A stretch of 64,000 nt of DNA, taken from contig OZ024740.1 of NCBI GenBank assembly GCA_964016885.1, positions 327,546,001 through 327,610,000 of the forward strand, given 5' to 3'. Shown piece after piece: positions 12,720 through 27,295 of the stretch. The DNA comes from Eledone cirrhosa. Lineage: Eukaryota. Under the pieces are notes generated by a model. The model saw only the letters and a program-made list of their open reading frames with translations, was not told where the DNA came from and made no database searches. The first letter of the stretch is position 1; the number at the start of each line of letters is the position of its first letter. A program made the translations under genes and the position numbers.

Positions 12720-14294
12720 TTATTGTTCATTTAGCTTGGGTTTGAATTTATCAATAAAATTCTTTTCTTTGATTTTTCTCTTGATTTCATTTGGGCTGTG
12801 TAATTTGTAGAATGGGAATATTATAAATATTCCCTGACCACATGTTGCCAGGTGGCCGCTTAGGGGTATCTGACGGACATTTGGGTCTCTGATTTGTTGA
12901 CGGTGTACCCGTGCACGTTCCGATAGTGCATTTCCAGTTTGACCGACATATAGTTCTTCACAATTCGGGCATTTAATGCAGTAAATTAGATTTCTGCTTT
13001 TGCAGTTCATATTTGCATTTGTGAATATTTTTCCAGTTTTTGTTTTCATATATTGACCGGCGTGTATGGATTGACATGTGCCGCATCGATTATCATTGCA
13101 TTTAGATACAGTGAATGATTGGTCTTTGTTGTTAAGGTCAAACTTTGCTTTTGTTAGCAATTGCTTCAAATTTTTTGGCTGTCTTTTACTAAGAGTCAAA
13201 GATCGATCTGTGATTAAGCCTTTTAATTCATTACTTTGAGCAATGATCGGTAGGTTTGCTTTGGCAGTGTTGAAGATATTCTGGTGACATGGGTTGTGTG
13301 TCATTATAAATGGTATGACCAGTTCTTGGTTTCTTCTTCTTTGGGTTGTTCTAAGTTGTTGTATAGGTATTTTTATAGCCCGCTGTATGCCATTTTCTAT
13401 AAGTAGAGATGGGTATTTTTGTTTGAGCAAAAATTCTCTTAGTTCTGTTAGGCGTTTGTACCTGGTATTCGTATCTTCTACAATGGTACAAATTCTTCTG
13501 GCTAGGCAGTATGGGATGTTGCGTTTTGTATGAGGTGGATGGCACGACTTAAAATTCAGATATTGATGGGTGTCTGTGTGTTTATAATATATATCCGTGG
13601 TAATGGTGGTGTCGTTTTTGATTATCATTATATCTAGGAATGGTAATTTGGTCCTACTCATCTCTTTTGTGAATTGGAGAGATGGGTGTAGGTTATTCAG
13701 GAGGATATTGAACTCATCCAGAGTATCTAGAGATTCTGTCCAGATGATGAAACAGTCGTCAAGGTATCTCTTCCAAGATTTTTCAATGTACTTTCTAAAG
13801 TCAGTACTATATTTTTCCTCTATTTCTTGGTAGAGTTGTTGTTCTAAGTATCCCATTACAGAGTTCGCGTAAACGGGAGCAAACTTCGTTCCCATCGCTG
13901 TGCCTCTAATTTGGATGTAATTCTTTCCATTGAAGAAGAAAGTGTTGTTTTCCAGAATAAGTTTAACTGCGTCTAATATAAATGGCGCTGTGAATCTAAT
14001 GGGAATCACTTCTCTATGTTTTTCCACCCAGTATTTAACCGCCTTTATTCCTAAATCATGTGTAATGTTGGTGTAAAGGCTTACCACATCAAAACTGAGT
14101 AGAAGTGAATTCGTTTCCGTGGTTTTGGGAAGATGGGACAGGAAGTCGATATCATCCCGGATGAAACTGGGTATGTGAATACATAGTGGTTTCAAAATAA
14201 TGTCAACAAAATTGCTTAGACGGTGAGTGGGGCATGTTGGACCAGCTATAATAGGTCTAAGTTTTAAGTCTTTTGGGTGTAATAATTTAATGTA
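12720..14294 (-). pseudogene. 5'-truncated duplicate of the PLE RT-GIY-YIG ORF
   Basis: Protein identical to the 8585 ORF from YIKLLHPK onward; the N-terminus in the ORF track comes from the junction. Confidence 0.92.
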
Positions 14295-14305
14295 TCTAAA
14301 TAATA

Positions 14306-14702
14306 ATTCACTGTATCTAAATGCAATGATAATCGATGCGGCACATGTCAATCCATACACGCCGGTCAATATATGAAAACAAAAACTGGAAAAATATTCA
14401 CAAATGCAAATATGAACTGCAAAAGCAGAAATCTAATTTACTGCATTAAATGCCCGAATTGTGAAGAACTATATGTCGGTCAAACTGGAAATGCACTATC
14501 GGAACGTGCACGGGTACACCGTCAACAAATCAGAGACCCAAATGTCCGTCAGATACCCCTAAGCGGCCACCTGGCAACATGTGGTCAGGGAATATTTATA
14601 ATATTCCCATTCTACAAATTACACAGCCCAAATGAAATCAAGAGAAAAATCAAAGAAAAGAATTTTATTGATAAATTCAAACCCAAGCTAAATAAACAAT
14701 AA
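14306..14702 (+). pseudogene. Inverted copy of the GIY-YIG end of the PLE ORF
   Basis: Reverse complement of the ORF 3' end, ending LNKQ instead of LNEQ. Confidence 0.92.
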
Positions 14703-15077
14703 TAACGCCTAGGGGTATTACTTCTACTACCACTATGACCACGACCACTAACAACAACAACAACAACAATAATAATAATAATAAAAGTGATGTTGATGGT
14801 GATGATTAATAGAAAATGCTATTTTCATCATTTCAAAAAAGCAAAACAATTGATACGTTGGATATGACTATTGGTCGTTAGCATGTTCAACCAGCCGTGA
14901 CGCTTAAACCAATCAGCTGTAGTAATTCAGTGAAACTACACACTGATTGGTCGAAATACAGTTTACAGGGCTTTGCATTCTGGAGCCACTTTTCTCTGTA
15001 TAAAATGTATAAAAGGTAGGAAATTTACCCATCTCATTACAGTTGAAAATTGCAAACTCGACTGTCACCACATATCA

Positions 15078-15116
15078 TGAACCTGAAGATTGCGAAAGCA
15101 TGAAAGTACTTGTTCA
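15078..15116 (+). ncRNA. Hammerhead ribozyme, inverted copy 3
   Basis: tgaacCTGAAGAttgcgaaagcatGAAAgtacTTgttca. Confidence 0.85.
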
Positions 15117-15316
15117 ATTAACACTTAGAATTTAATATTCTATCATACTATTTCATTATAATACCATTATATATATTTTAAAGGATTGTAAATAAAACGA
15201 GTAAATCAGGACAAAGTTGGAATTCCTCTTATTAATATAATCTTCTATACACAATCATGACACACCCGTGTATATTTACCTATCTATATCTATATATATA
15301 TATATAGTATATATAC

Positions 15317-15451
<135 letters not shown>

Positions 15452-15564
15452 TATAAATTATAGTATATATACATATATATATATATATATATTATATTAT
15501 ATATACATATATATATATATAATATACATATATATATACATATATATATATATACATATACATA

Positions 15565-15720
<156 letters not shown>

Positions 15721-15761
15721 CATATATATATATATTATAATACATATATATATATACATAT

Positions 15762-15819
<58 letters not shown>

Positions 15820-15847
15820 CATATATATACATATATATATATATATA

Positions 15848-15942
<95 letters not shown>

Positions 15943-17867
15943 GAGAGAGAGGGAGAGCAGAGAGAGGGGAGAGAGAGAAGAGAGAAAGCGAAAATAGATA
16001 GATAGATACACACATAGTTCCCTCAAAGGTGTATTTCTAATGTCTATTAATCTAGAAATTTTTAAACAAAGAAACGCTGAAAATAGCGTGAACGGTAACA
16101 AAGAAGTGACGTTTAAATAGGAATATCAATCGATGAAAATTAGTTCGATGAATGAAGGTATAGTGTCAGAAATTTCGTGCTATAATTGGTTCAAACAACG
16201 AAATATTTGTTACTAATTTCAACAGCGAAAGGAAAAAAATTAAATTATATATTCTGGCAGCGTAGAAGGAGTTGATGTGGTGGAAGGAATAATATAGTAA
16301 ACTTGTATTTTACGTAACCAACAGTTCTGAATGTCTACTTTTCGTTAAAGAAGTATCTCATTTAGTATGATAGACAGAAATAATTAGAATAAGAATCTAT
16401 CGTTGGAAATTATTTCGATGCACTGAACAACTGGATTCTCACAGCTGGAACGGACTTTGATTATATCTCTTGTTAGATCAGAGTTCCCCGAGGCTTAGCC
16501 TTGAGCAAAACAACCAATCAACTGTGTAGATGTGTTCCAGCATGACTCTACTACTCGTCTTGATAGGTATTGGAGATACTATATATATTTTGTTACGTTG
16601 TAGTGAGTTCCACTTCTCTACAAAAAGTATCAGATTAAAGGAGAAACGAAAATAGGATATTGTAACTTTCACCTTTCTCTGTTGCGTGAGATATCTCCCT
16701 TTTGTAAAACGATGTTAAATTCTGTAAAATACAGAATCTAAACTAAAAGATTCCAGTTAAACGAGCTTACAGTGCAGTTGCGAATCCCCAGCAAAAGTTC
16801 TCTACTTTATTTACACCGCTAATGGTAAAAGAAAGACATATACGCCAGAAATGTCCAACTTCAAAGCTTTCGCAATTTTATCTCTCCGAAAATCAATACA
16901 TCTAGAAAAACAGGCCAACTCATTGGAATAGAGAGAAAAGGGTTCATGGTGAATCTATGGTCGTCTTTCACTCATGTTAAAGCTAATTCTTTTATGTAGT
17001 CAAGCCCAAATGCTACAACATCCAATTTTTGCTTCCTATTGAATCTGGTAAATATTCAAGATAACCTATAATTCCAAGAGATAGATGACAGGGACAATCT
17101 AATGTAACAACGTCAAATTATACAGTAATTCTGCTGCTAACAAAGTTGAGATACTCTAAGTAGTCTGTTGTTGCTGCTGCTGCTGTTGTTGTTGATAAAG
17201 AGTTTCATGTTTAGCCCTAGATCAGTCCTGTTCGAGCAGAGCAATGAGCAAAAGCATTTTAGCCATAAACAACTCATCTTTTGTCTTCAGACAAAGAGGA
17301 ACAACCATGAGGCAAGTACCTCTTCGTGAAATGCACTGACAACCAAATACATTGAGATCTTGATGAAAAGTAAGTGTACCTGCCAACCTCTAAAAACCCA
17401 AATGGTACCATGAAAAAAGTGCCCCAAAACCGGTATGAAATGAGGCAAAATGGGGAGATTTTACATAATGAAAACTATATCTATTTTCACAGGAGAAGAC
17501 CTCTCTCACCCACCCCAAATTGGGTGGGAGATCTCCCCGTTGGATGGGGAGAGTTGACAGGTCTGGTACCGGATAAATCCAAACCTGCCGATCGATCAGC
17601 TCAAGTTTACATTAAAACAACAGAAGTTTGATAGATTTTTGCAATTAAACTACTCAGCTTCGCTTGTACTTTTCTTCCAGAACATTCCAGGTGTTCGAAA
17701 ATCTCACTATTTAATTAATATTAATAGGAGTATCAGTACTTGCTGTTAGCTATTCTAATATCTCAGGCTTCGTTCGATATTGAAATTGAAAATTCTAATT
17801 TAAGACACTCCCTCCATCAGTTTTAATTTATCTCTTCTTTTTTTTTCTTCGTCTACAACAACAACAA

Positions 17868-17868
17868 G

Positions 17869-17937
<69 letters not shown>

Positions 17938-17954
17938 CACCACCACTACTACTA
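17868..17954 (+). repeat. (CTA)n/(CCA)n microsatellite
   Basis: Direct reading. Confidence 0.9.
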
Positions 17955-18183
17955 TTGCTTGCTGCTGTTGTGGTTGTTGTTATTACTACTACTTTAATTC
18001 TCCTGTTTCGTCATCGTTTTCCTCTTCCGATTTTTCATTATATTCTTCATCTTCTTACTCTCTTCTCTTCTTATCTTTTGGTGGGGGCAGAGTTGTAATT
18101 CTATAGCAGATCAATGTGGCTTTGCTCCAGGATTTAATTTTTTCGTCGTCTCATTTTAGGGGCTTCGTCTTTTGTTGTATCTA

Positions 18184-18325
18184 GGCGGCAAATTGACAGA
18201 GGCGTTAGCACATCGGATATAATGATTTGCGGTATTCGTTCCGACGTTTGGCATTCTGAGTTCGAATCCCACCAAGGTCAACAGTGCTTTCGTCCTTTCG
18301 AGATCGATAAATAAAGTACCCAGTG
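18184..18325 (+). mobile_element. tRNA-type SINE copy
   Basis: B box gagttcgaatccc followed by core gctttcgtcctttcgagatcgataaataaagtacc. Confidence 0.65.
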
Positions 18326-19134
18326 CATTACTCACATTTTGACTTACTCCCTATCATTATCTTTCTCTCGTTCTCTGGAAGAAATAGGCTGTGTACAGAC
18401 ATGGAAAGGAATCAACTCTGCCGGGTTCAAAACACCTAAGACATACTGCTTGTTACTACAATGTCCCAATGACAAAAACAGGAGTTAAGGGTCCCTACAT
18501 CCATACTATTTGTTGTGTAAAGTAAGTGCTTGAAAGTGGTTATCTTGTTGGGTGGTGTTTGGGTTTCATATGTGCTGTGTCGGCTGGGGGATTGAATATG
18601 TATCGTGCGGGCAATGAATTGTATAAATATGAGTTGCTGGAGTGTGTTATGTATGATTAATCATTCAGTTAATTTACCGAGTGGGAATTGTGTATAGATT
18701 GTGCTGTAGTATGTGTTGTATATGTTACTGTTATTTTACTTGGTTATCATTGTGTAGAGATGTCTTATAGATACTGTACAAAGAGTGTATCAATTACACT
18801 ACAGAATTGTTGTATCAAATATATTACCTTGCAGGGTGATTTTCTGAATTCTGTGTACAATCATAAACCTTAATAGACAGTATAGACAGCTATAACATGT
18901 TTTTGTCCATATTATTTTTATCATACTTGTATGATAAAATTATTATTGGCACTATTTTCACATTCCTCACCCTCGCTCTCCTTATTTCAATTTCAAAATC
19001 TTCATTCCTTGACAGTTTCTCTATCTGCTTCCGAGAGATGTTTCCTTCAGGAATTTATGCAAATATATTTGCACTCATTACTACATACTATGTGCAGCAA
19101 TATAATATCAAAGGAATAGACGCCTACACACCCG

Positions 19135-19262
19135 GAAGAAGAAGAAGAAGAAGAAGAAGAAGAAGAAGAAGAAGAAGAAGAAGAAGAAGAAGAAGAAGAA
19201 GAAGAAGAAGAAGAAGAAGAAGAAGAAGAAGAAGAAGAAGAAGACAGAAGAAGAAGAAGAGA
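19135..19262 (+). repeat. (GAA)n microsatellite
   Basis: Direct reading. Confidence 0.95.
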
Positions 19263-19397
19263 TATGGTGCATTGTAACTCTAGAAAAGAGTACATACACG
19301 ATTGTATGACGACAGACTGTCAAAGAAACACATACATGTATATAAAAACGCAAATCCGAACCCGAATACATACTATATATATTCATACATACATACA

Positions 19398-19905
19398 GGA
19401 TGATGGCTGCCCCTTCGTTATCGAGTATGGCCATTGCACGATATACCATTATTAATAATTATTAATTAATTCTATCGTGCAATGTCTTTGGGTGAAGATA
19501 TTTTTTTAAGTGAGGAATCCCACTCTCTGAGCGACAGTAGCTATAACCCGAAAAGAAGAAAAGATCAACATCATCGGTAACTACTGAGCCGCAGGTTTTA
19601 TATCGGAGTTATCCCAGTTTCCTGAGTTGCCTTCTCCTAGAAGAATGCCCTGACAAAGGCTAGGGGTCCTTCACACCCAGTGGTTTAACCGCGCGGTACA
19701 TGTGTATATACATATTTACACACTTTTGGATGGCCGTTGACTCTTATGTGTTCTTTCCGCTCTTTGTCAGGTTTTGTTTTTTGTTCTGCAGGGTGTCCAA
19801 AATCACCCTCCCTCACCAAGTAAACTTGGTGGGGTTGCCGGTTTAGTCGCCGACAACCCGACCATGCGACAGGTTGTACTGGGTTACATGTTACCAGTAG
19901 CACTC
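19398..19905 (-). mobile_element. Non-autonomous RTE-related element, copy 1
   Basis: Collinear with 31280-31888; 5' region has the tgtcgc...ggcgactaa motif and RTE 5'UTR-like blocks. Confidence 0.55.
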
Positions 19906-19970
19906 AAGACATAACATACATAACATACATACATACATACATACATACATACATACATACATACATACAT

Positions 19971-20001
<31 letters not shown>

Positions 20002-21262
20002 TTTATATATATGAGTTTCAGAAGTTCCCGTATAGTCTGAAGGGCAGTGATTCTTTGCTTAAACTTTAATCTGTACTAAAATAATGCAAGACAGAATCGA
20101 CTGCCGATGTACTGTTGCAACAGATGGTAGGTTTCCCACATGAGTGGGATGGACGATCACGGGGAGGATGGTAGTAAAAGGCAGAGTTGTTGCGACCTTT
20201 AGGTGCCCCGTCTACCACTCAATATGCCCACTCTCCATCCCTTGTCTCATTAACTAACCCCTCATACAGTTTTCTTTCTCACACACTTGTTCCCTCCTCA
20301 CACGTCTTAGCCTTCTCTCCGCACAGTCACATTCCTGATTCTTCCTCGTCTAAACCATGCAAACAGGAAAGACGTGCGCACATCCACAGTGTACTGCCAT
20401 GCGTGTACTACCCTCTCTCTCTCACTCCCTAACACTACCCCAAGACCCAACATTTACTTCCCTACTCCACTCACATCCCTGAATTCCCATATTCATACCT
20501 CTGACAAGAAACAAAATGTTTTGAGTATGCAGAATATTATCTTCATGATAAACTATCTCTGACAGAGGAGTCAGTAATCTTTCCAATCCGCCTTAACTTA
20601 AATGACATCCTTCATTCTAAATAACTCAGTTCTTACTCTTAAGAAATGTGTACTTATATTTCACTACTTTTTTTGTGATATAAAATCTCCCTTATACTAA
20701 ACAAAAGGTTCTCAACCCATTTCGACCAAACGCCCACTTTTTCCCCTCATAATCGCGAAACGCCCCCTCCCCTTTCCATTTTTCAATATACTACTCAATT
20801 TGATATCAGTAGATTACTGGGCCAAATCAAGTTGTGTTAGAATCTTTAAAAAATACTCGTACGAATTAAATACAAAAAGGTTTCAGCCCAAAACAAAAGC
20901 AAGCTATTTCAAATTATATATTTTTGAAAAGAAAAAAAGATTTGATCTCAGTCGAAAAAGATGTTTTTTTTTTAAATTCTATATTTCACTGTTAGCTGTT
21001 GTAATATTTTGAGTGGATTGACAATTCTACAATTCAAACTGTAAAGTCAAAATACAAAAGATGCAAAATATGAAGAATTTCTTACCGTTCTCTGAAATCA
21101 CAAACTTAGGGGGGGAAATAGTACCTTGCAAAATAAAATACTTATTAGCAACGAATGAATTGAGAAGCTTGGTGACAGTGAGAAAGCCATATCTGTATCC
21201 CTTATATATATATACATAGATAGATACACACACATAAACACGCACGCACAAAAACACAAACT

Positions 21263-21338
<76 letters not shown>

Positions 21339-21463
21339 TACATAGACACACACATACAAACTTGTGTGTGTGTGCCTTGGTTTTGGTACAGAAAAAATTT
21401 TGTCTCCAGTTTTTATTGCTAGGTCAAAAGCCACTGCTCTTTTCAACAACGCCAAATAACAAC

Positions 21464-21514
<51 letters not shown>

Positions 21515-21799
21515 GAAGAGAGAAAGAGGGAGGGACAGAGAGAGTAAGAAATGTGTGTGTGTTTGGTACACGTCTATCTATCTATCTATCTGCTTGACGC
21601 ATGGAACATCGCTGGTAAGCTTTTTTGTAAATTTCTATTCAAAGAACTGAACTAATTACTTAAAAAAGTATATCATTTTGTAGATTAGCCCCCAAGCTGA
21701 ATTGTCAGCTGGGTGGTAATCCCATTTTTCGCCCCTTTAGAGGCGAACATTTAATTTAAAAGTTGCTTTAAAAAATCAAATTTTGCCGACTATAAAACA

Positions 21800-24249
21800 T
21801 GAATAACTCGGAAAGAACGCTGGAGAACGTTAACAGAGAGAAGATAGGTAGTAAGGCAGATATTAACGTTATATCTGCTTCTGCTACTATAGACGTTGTC
21901 ATGGATACGACTGTCAACAAGGAAAAAAAAATTTGCCAATTGAACATTTAAACATTTCTACCGTCGAAGCGGAGAAAAATAACACACAGGAAGACACAGG
22001 AATTAAACCTATTAACATACATACACATGAACAATCCAACAACAACAACTCCATAGATACATCTACAGATAAAATTTCACCTCGTCAAGAAATTGCGATT
22101 TCTAACACCGAGGCTAACAACGATAACAACAGCAGCAACACCACACAAAAAAAATGTCTTTCGCTGAAGCAGTGAACAAAAAACAAGATTTTATAAATCT
22201 TGACATCTCCAATGCAAGTGATATGCCACAGCAAGGGAGAAAATGTGTAACTTTCGAAGACAAGGGTGGGTTTAGAATCAACTCACCCCTCGAAATAAAA
22301 GAAGGGACAGTTCGAGGGACAGTGACCTTCAGGACTGTCTCAAATACAACGATAAAGCCAATATTTGTGAATCAAGGAGACATAGAAGCCACCTTGAAGG
22401 AGACTCTAGAAAATATTGACTTTCTTCAACGAGGAAAACAGTACGGAAGTATTTCCGTACTGTTTAAAAGCGAGGGACTCACCCAAAAACATTCTGTGAC
22501 ACCAATGGTGTCAAAAGCATTCATCTTTTTCCCTACGTGCATGGGAAAAAGGACACAAAAATTAAAATAAAAAATATACCACCAAACATTAACATCTGGT
22601 GGATCTTGGCTGGCTTCGTGCAGCCAGAGACTGATGCTATTCTATCAATACGAAAGTCTATTAGACAAAGGTGGGCGGGTACTGATTTGGAGATTCTGAT
22701 GCAGATGAGGCCGGAGAGAATCTCCAAAATACCTGAAAAAGTCGTCATCGACGACAACAAAATAAAAATTTCGCTGGAGGGGCGTAAACCTCGTTGCTTT
22801 CGCTGTGGTAGCACAACACACCTAAATGCCTCCTCTCCTTCACAAACACACCACAACAACATCATTAAAAAAATACTATTACCAACACCAACACCAAAAC
22901 AACCACCACCACAATTACAACATACGAAACGAGCCAATGCACCAAAACAAACAGCCACTCAACGAACAACAGAAAAAACACAGACAACACCCCTGAAGAA
23001 CACAGACCCACGCCATCCCACTCCATCAAACACTACCACAAACACACAGACCGAAACACCACCACCACACAACATACCCCTACCCCACACTCCTGGCGAT
23101 GATCATTCATCGACAGATGAGACTGCTTCTCCTTCTTTAAGTGAAGAAGAAGGAGAGCCTCGGAAATCTAAAAAAAAACAAATAAAGAGATACCACAAAA
23201 CCCCCAAAACTCCAATCACCAACACCAACACACAATCACAGACACAAACAACAACACAAACAACACCACAGTCAAACATCCCCCTACCAGCAAAACCAAC
23301 ACCAACACCACCCCAAACACAAGCACCCACTATAAAAAGAAAACTCCCGGACGAACAACAAACTAAAACAACATAACAAAAACACAAACAACAATACGCA
23401 TAGATCAACACAAACAACAAGGTGGAGACGGAGATTAAAACTTTCATCAAAGCAGAATCGTCTCCACGCCTAAAACTAATAAGGGTTGCGATAGAAACCT
23501 ATTAGAAATTGAAAGAACAGTTTTCGCAGGATGTTGGCAACCCCTGTCAAAAACCTATTAACCGCGTCTTATTAAAATGTTTCCCCACCCCACCAAACAC
23601 CCCCACCAGAACTGAAATGGAGATTGAACAACCCGATTTCCAGGAAACGAAAAGGTAGGTGCACCTTTTCGTCCTTTTCGCCAACTCTTCTCCATAATAT
23701 GGCTAGTTTACGAGTTGGAAGCGTGAATGTGCGTGGCCTAGGGATGCCCTGGAAACAGGGCCAACTTTTAAACGACTTTAGGTCACACGCTATGGATGTG
23801 ATAGCCATCACCGAGTCCAGGATCCACAACAGGCAGCAACTAACCTCCATCTTCGACGACTTTAAGATCTACGCATCTCTCTATCAGCCAGGAGGTGGAG
23901 GGGGAGTGGCTGTCATGTTTCGGAAGAACCTGGACGTCGAAGTACAGCAAGTACACTTGGACCCGGAGGGTAGACTGGTAGTCCTAGACGTGAACAGTAT
24001 TGGAGGTGGAGCCTTCAGACTGGTGGCTGTTTATGCCCCGACCGGGCAATCGCAATCACGGCCAGACTTCTTTAAGCGTCTAGAGTTTTACTGGGAACGT
24101 CTCGCCCCTTACTTTTAGTGAGGAACTGGAATGGTATCCTAGATGCACGATGGGACTATGTGGGAGCATGTCCCAGTAGAGGGGGTGCAACAGCCTCAAA
24201 ACTTTAATCGGCCAATTCCAACTGGCCGAAAGGTATCGACTGGATTTCC

Positions 24250-24252
<3 letters not shown>
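21800..24252 (+). mobile_element. Disrupted L1/Tx1-group LINE 5' part (ORF1 and APE start)
   Basis: ORF1 pieces (21933-23376) with knuckle CFRCGSTTH; ORF2 from ATG 23699 MASLRVGSVNVRGL...DVIAITES...GVAV...VAVYAP; frameshifts; cut at (TA)n. Confidence 0.8.
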
Positions 24253-24319
<67 letters not shown>

Positions 24320-24660
24320 ATAGGCTGCCCGTTGCAAATGGTTGGGCATATGAAAAAGTAAGTCCTTCATCAGTGACCCTCCAACCGTCCCAGGCATTTC
24401 ATCGCTTTAAGGGCCATATGCCTCAGGTTGGTGCGAACAACGGCTAAAAAAAGTCGTTGGGACACGTAAACAAAGGGGACGCCAGGGTAACAAACAAAAA
24501 GGTTTAAGCAACGGAAAGGGAGAAGAAATAGACAAGTCCCAGATCTCTATGAATATAAACTCGGTGAAATCGTGAACAAGAGACAAAAGACCATCAAACC
24601 TGGTTGAAATGTGAGCAAGGAAAGAATTTCGCACAAGTCTGACAGGGGGGAAAAAGGAGA

Positions 24661-24765
24661 GAAGAAGAAGAAGAAGAAGAAGAAGAAGAAGAAGAAGAAG
24701 AAGAAGAAGAAGAAGAAGAAGAAGAAGAAGAAGAAGAAGAAGAAGAAGAAGAAGAAGAAGAAGAA
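24661..24765 (+). repeat. (GAA)n microsatellite
   Basis: Direct reading. Confidence 0.95.
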
Positions 24766-26880
24766 GGGGTCTGGTCTACGAATTCGGTAAACATAAGTTT
24801 TGTGAAGTCGCAGACGAAAGAGAGAGAGAGAAAAAAATTTCCATACCAGCTTGGTCAAGACCGTGCGAGAAAAGAATTACACACAGGTCAAACTTGAAGG
24901 AGGAGGAGGAAAGAGGAGGAGGAGAGGTAGTGACAGAGAATGAGTGAGTGAAAGTTGAGGAGGAGGCTAACAGAGAGAGAGACTGCTAGAAAGGGTAAAA
25001 ACGAACAGACGAGTGGCAGCAGAAGAAAAATTATGTGTAAATATGATAATAATAGGCTGCCCGTTGCAAATGGTTGGGCATGCATATGAAAAAGTAAGTC
25101 CTTCATCAGATCAATTTCTAGTTGATACATATATACATACATACATTTACTTATGTATATAGCTATGCATTTATACATTTGTATATATACATGCATTTAT
25201 ATTTAAGTGTGTAAGGATGTTGACATGATTATTTATGTTGTTTTTTTGGTACAGAGAAAATTCTCTCCAGATTTTACTACCTAGGGAGATTAAATACCAC
25301 AGCTCTGGCTGAAAGCTGACCAGGTTCTCAACCTCATCAAACACTAACGCAGGCCTGTGTGTGTATATGTGTGTGTATTATGTATGTACGTATGCATGTG
25401 TGTGTCATCACCATTGCTTCTTTTTGTTGTCATTTCTGTTGAAGTTGTTCTTGTAACTGTTGTCAAAGTTGACGTCTTTATGTTCATTTTCTTTGATTTC
25501 TTTTGTTTTTCTTTTATCTCCCTAGGGAATTCGTTGACAAGCTTCTTTAATTTATTTTCTTCGTTTTCTTCATTCAAATGCATTCACACTGGCTGTCTAA
25601 GAGACGTACAAATATGACTTATAAAACTTACCAAACTAAAGGGGCTTCTAGTACCCCCTTCCCCCAAAGCTTCAAACGCTCCCCTAACGTTACCTTACTC
25701 CAAAACGTCCCCTGGAGTTCTGAAACGCCCCCGGTGGGCATATGCCCCCTGTTGAGAACCTTTGTACTAAACTATGCTACTTATGTATTTTCTTTTAGTA
25801 GAAATATACCACCCAATTGTTGAAGTACCAGTTCGTCCTGATCTCTGATTTCTCCTCTCAATACAAAATATTTGTCTTCATATACAATTAATTTCTGTGG
25901 AAAGTTTCCAATAAACAATGTATGCCATTCATATGTAGCCCTATTTAACATCCTGAATAGAAATCCTACACCTGAAATATATATATTTCATAAGCAAGTT
26001 TGATACATGTTTCCTTAGATCTTCATTAACCAAGGAAAAGCTATAGAACAGTGAGACGTGTTTTATTTACCCGGGAACTTCTTATAAAATAGGTATATTT
26101 ACTTGGATGAGTTCAAACTTATTTTTGGTTTACCTTCACTACTCAATTGTTATTGCTACACCACTACCATCATCATCTCAACGACTCCTGTCATTTACAC
26201 CACCACCACTACTACAATCACGGCGATGACAACGTCACCACCACCACTACAACAGTCACGGTGATGACCACGTCCCCACCATCACCACCCCAACAACTCC
26301 CACTACTCAATAGTTATGTTCAACTTTCAATGGAAAGATCTCTATTCTTAAATGAAACATTTCGTTGTTATTTGATTATTTGTTTTACTATTTCTCTCAC
26401 AATTTATTCCTCTGATAGCTGAGTTGATATAGCACCAAATATTTAGCTTGTGGTTTACGGTTCCTATGTTGCCATTCAGCATTGGGTTGTATTCTTATCT
26501 GAGTTGCTTAACTTTTAACGACTGTATCCTATCCATACTCAATCAGACTCTCGGCTCCGTGTTCGCTCACGTCTTTCCTGAATATATTGGTTTGCGTCGG
26601 CCGTGTTAATCTCATTGGATTGCGAGAGTTTTGCAAAATTTTATGCATACTTATCCTTCTAATATTTAAAAAAATGTATTGCAAGCTGGATTAATTTACT
26701 ACTGTTGAATTGACAAATATTTAAGGAGCTTGAAACGCCAAATTCAATTACCTCTGCAGGAGAAAACGCCCGAGAGAAATTTATTTCTCATAATAAAAAA
26801 GAGAAAGATTTGTTTCTTGCTCGCGTAAAACTTTGGTTAACTGGACATAAAGCAACAACTCTCTGAACTCTTGTGTTTCT

Positions 26881-27295
26881 GGAAAGGAGATAGAAAGAGA
26901 GTGAGAGGGAGTATTAGAGAGAGGGGAGGTGGAGGGAGGATAGAGGGGGTAAGAGGGGGAGAGGGGGTGAGTAAGAGGGGGAGACGGAGTGTGAGGGGTG
27001 TGGGGTGGAGTGAGAGGGAGGGAGTAAGAGAGGGAAACGGAGTGTGAGGGGGTGTGGGGGTGGAGTGAGAGGGAGTGTGAGAGGGAGTGTGAGAGGGAGT
27101 GTGAGGAGGGAGGGAGAGGGAGAGAGGGAGTGAGAGGGAGTGAGAGGAAGTGAGAGGGAGTGAGAGGGAGAGAGACGGGGTGAGAGGGAATGTGAGGGAG
27201 ATGCAGGGAGAGGGAGGGAGATGAAGTGAGAGGGAGAGAGAGGGAAAGAGAGAAAGAGAGAGAGGGGTGAGAGGGAAAGAGAGAAAGAGAGAGAA
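26881..27295 (+). repeat. Purine-rich GAGAGGGAGT-type low-complexity repeat
   Basis: Direct reading. Confidence 0.85.

Larger units (their letters stand above)
8050..15295 (-). mobile_element. Neptune-type Penelope-like element: full copy 8050-12187, tandem 5'-truncated copy 12188-14294, inverted 3' copy 14306-15295
   Basis: Near-identical direct and inverted copies, RT and GIY-YIG ORFs, three HHRs, (TA)n on both flanks. Confidence 0.93.
20703..25764. mobile_element. Non-autonomous hAT-type DNA transposon with nested insertions
   Basis: 14-bp TIRs aaaaggttctcaac / gttgagaacctttg, exact 8-bp TSD tactaaac (20695-20702, 25765-25772), subterminal aaacgcccc repeats at both ends. Confidence 0.8.

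Noticed and set aside
24316-24400. CUGAUGA on the minus strand in the duplicated block
   Set aside because: No correctly placed GAAA or stems, so not called a hammerhead.
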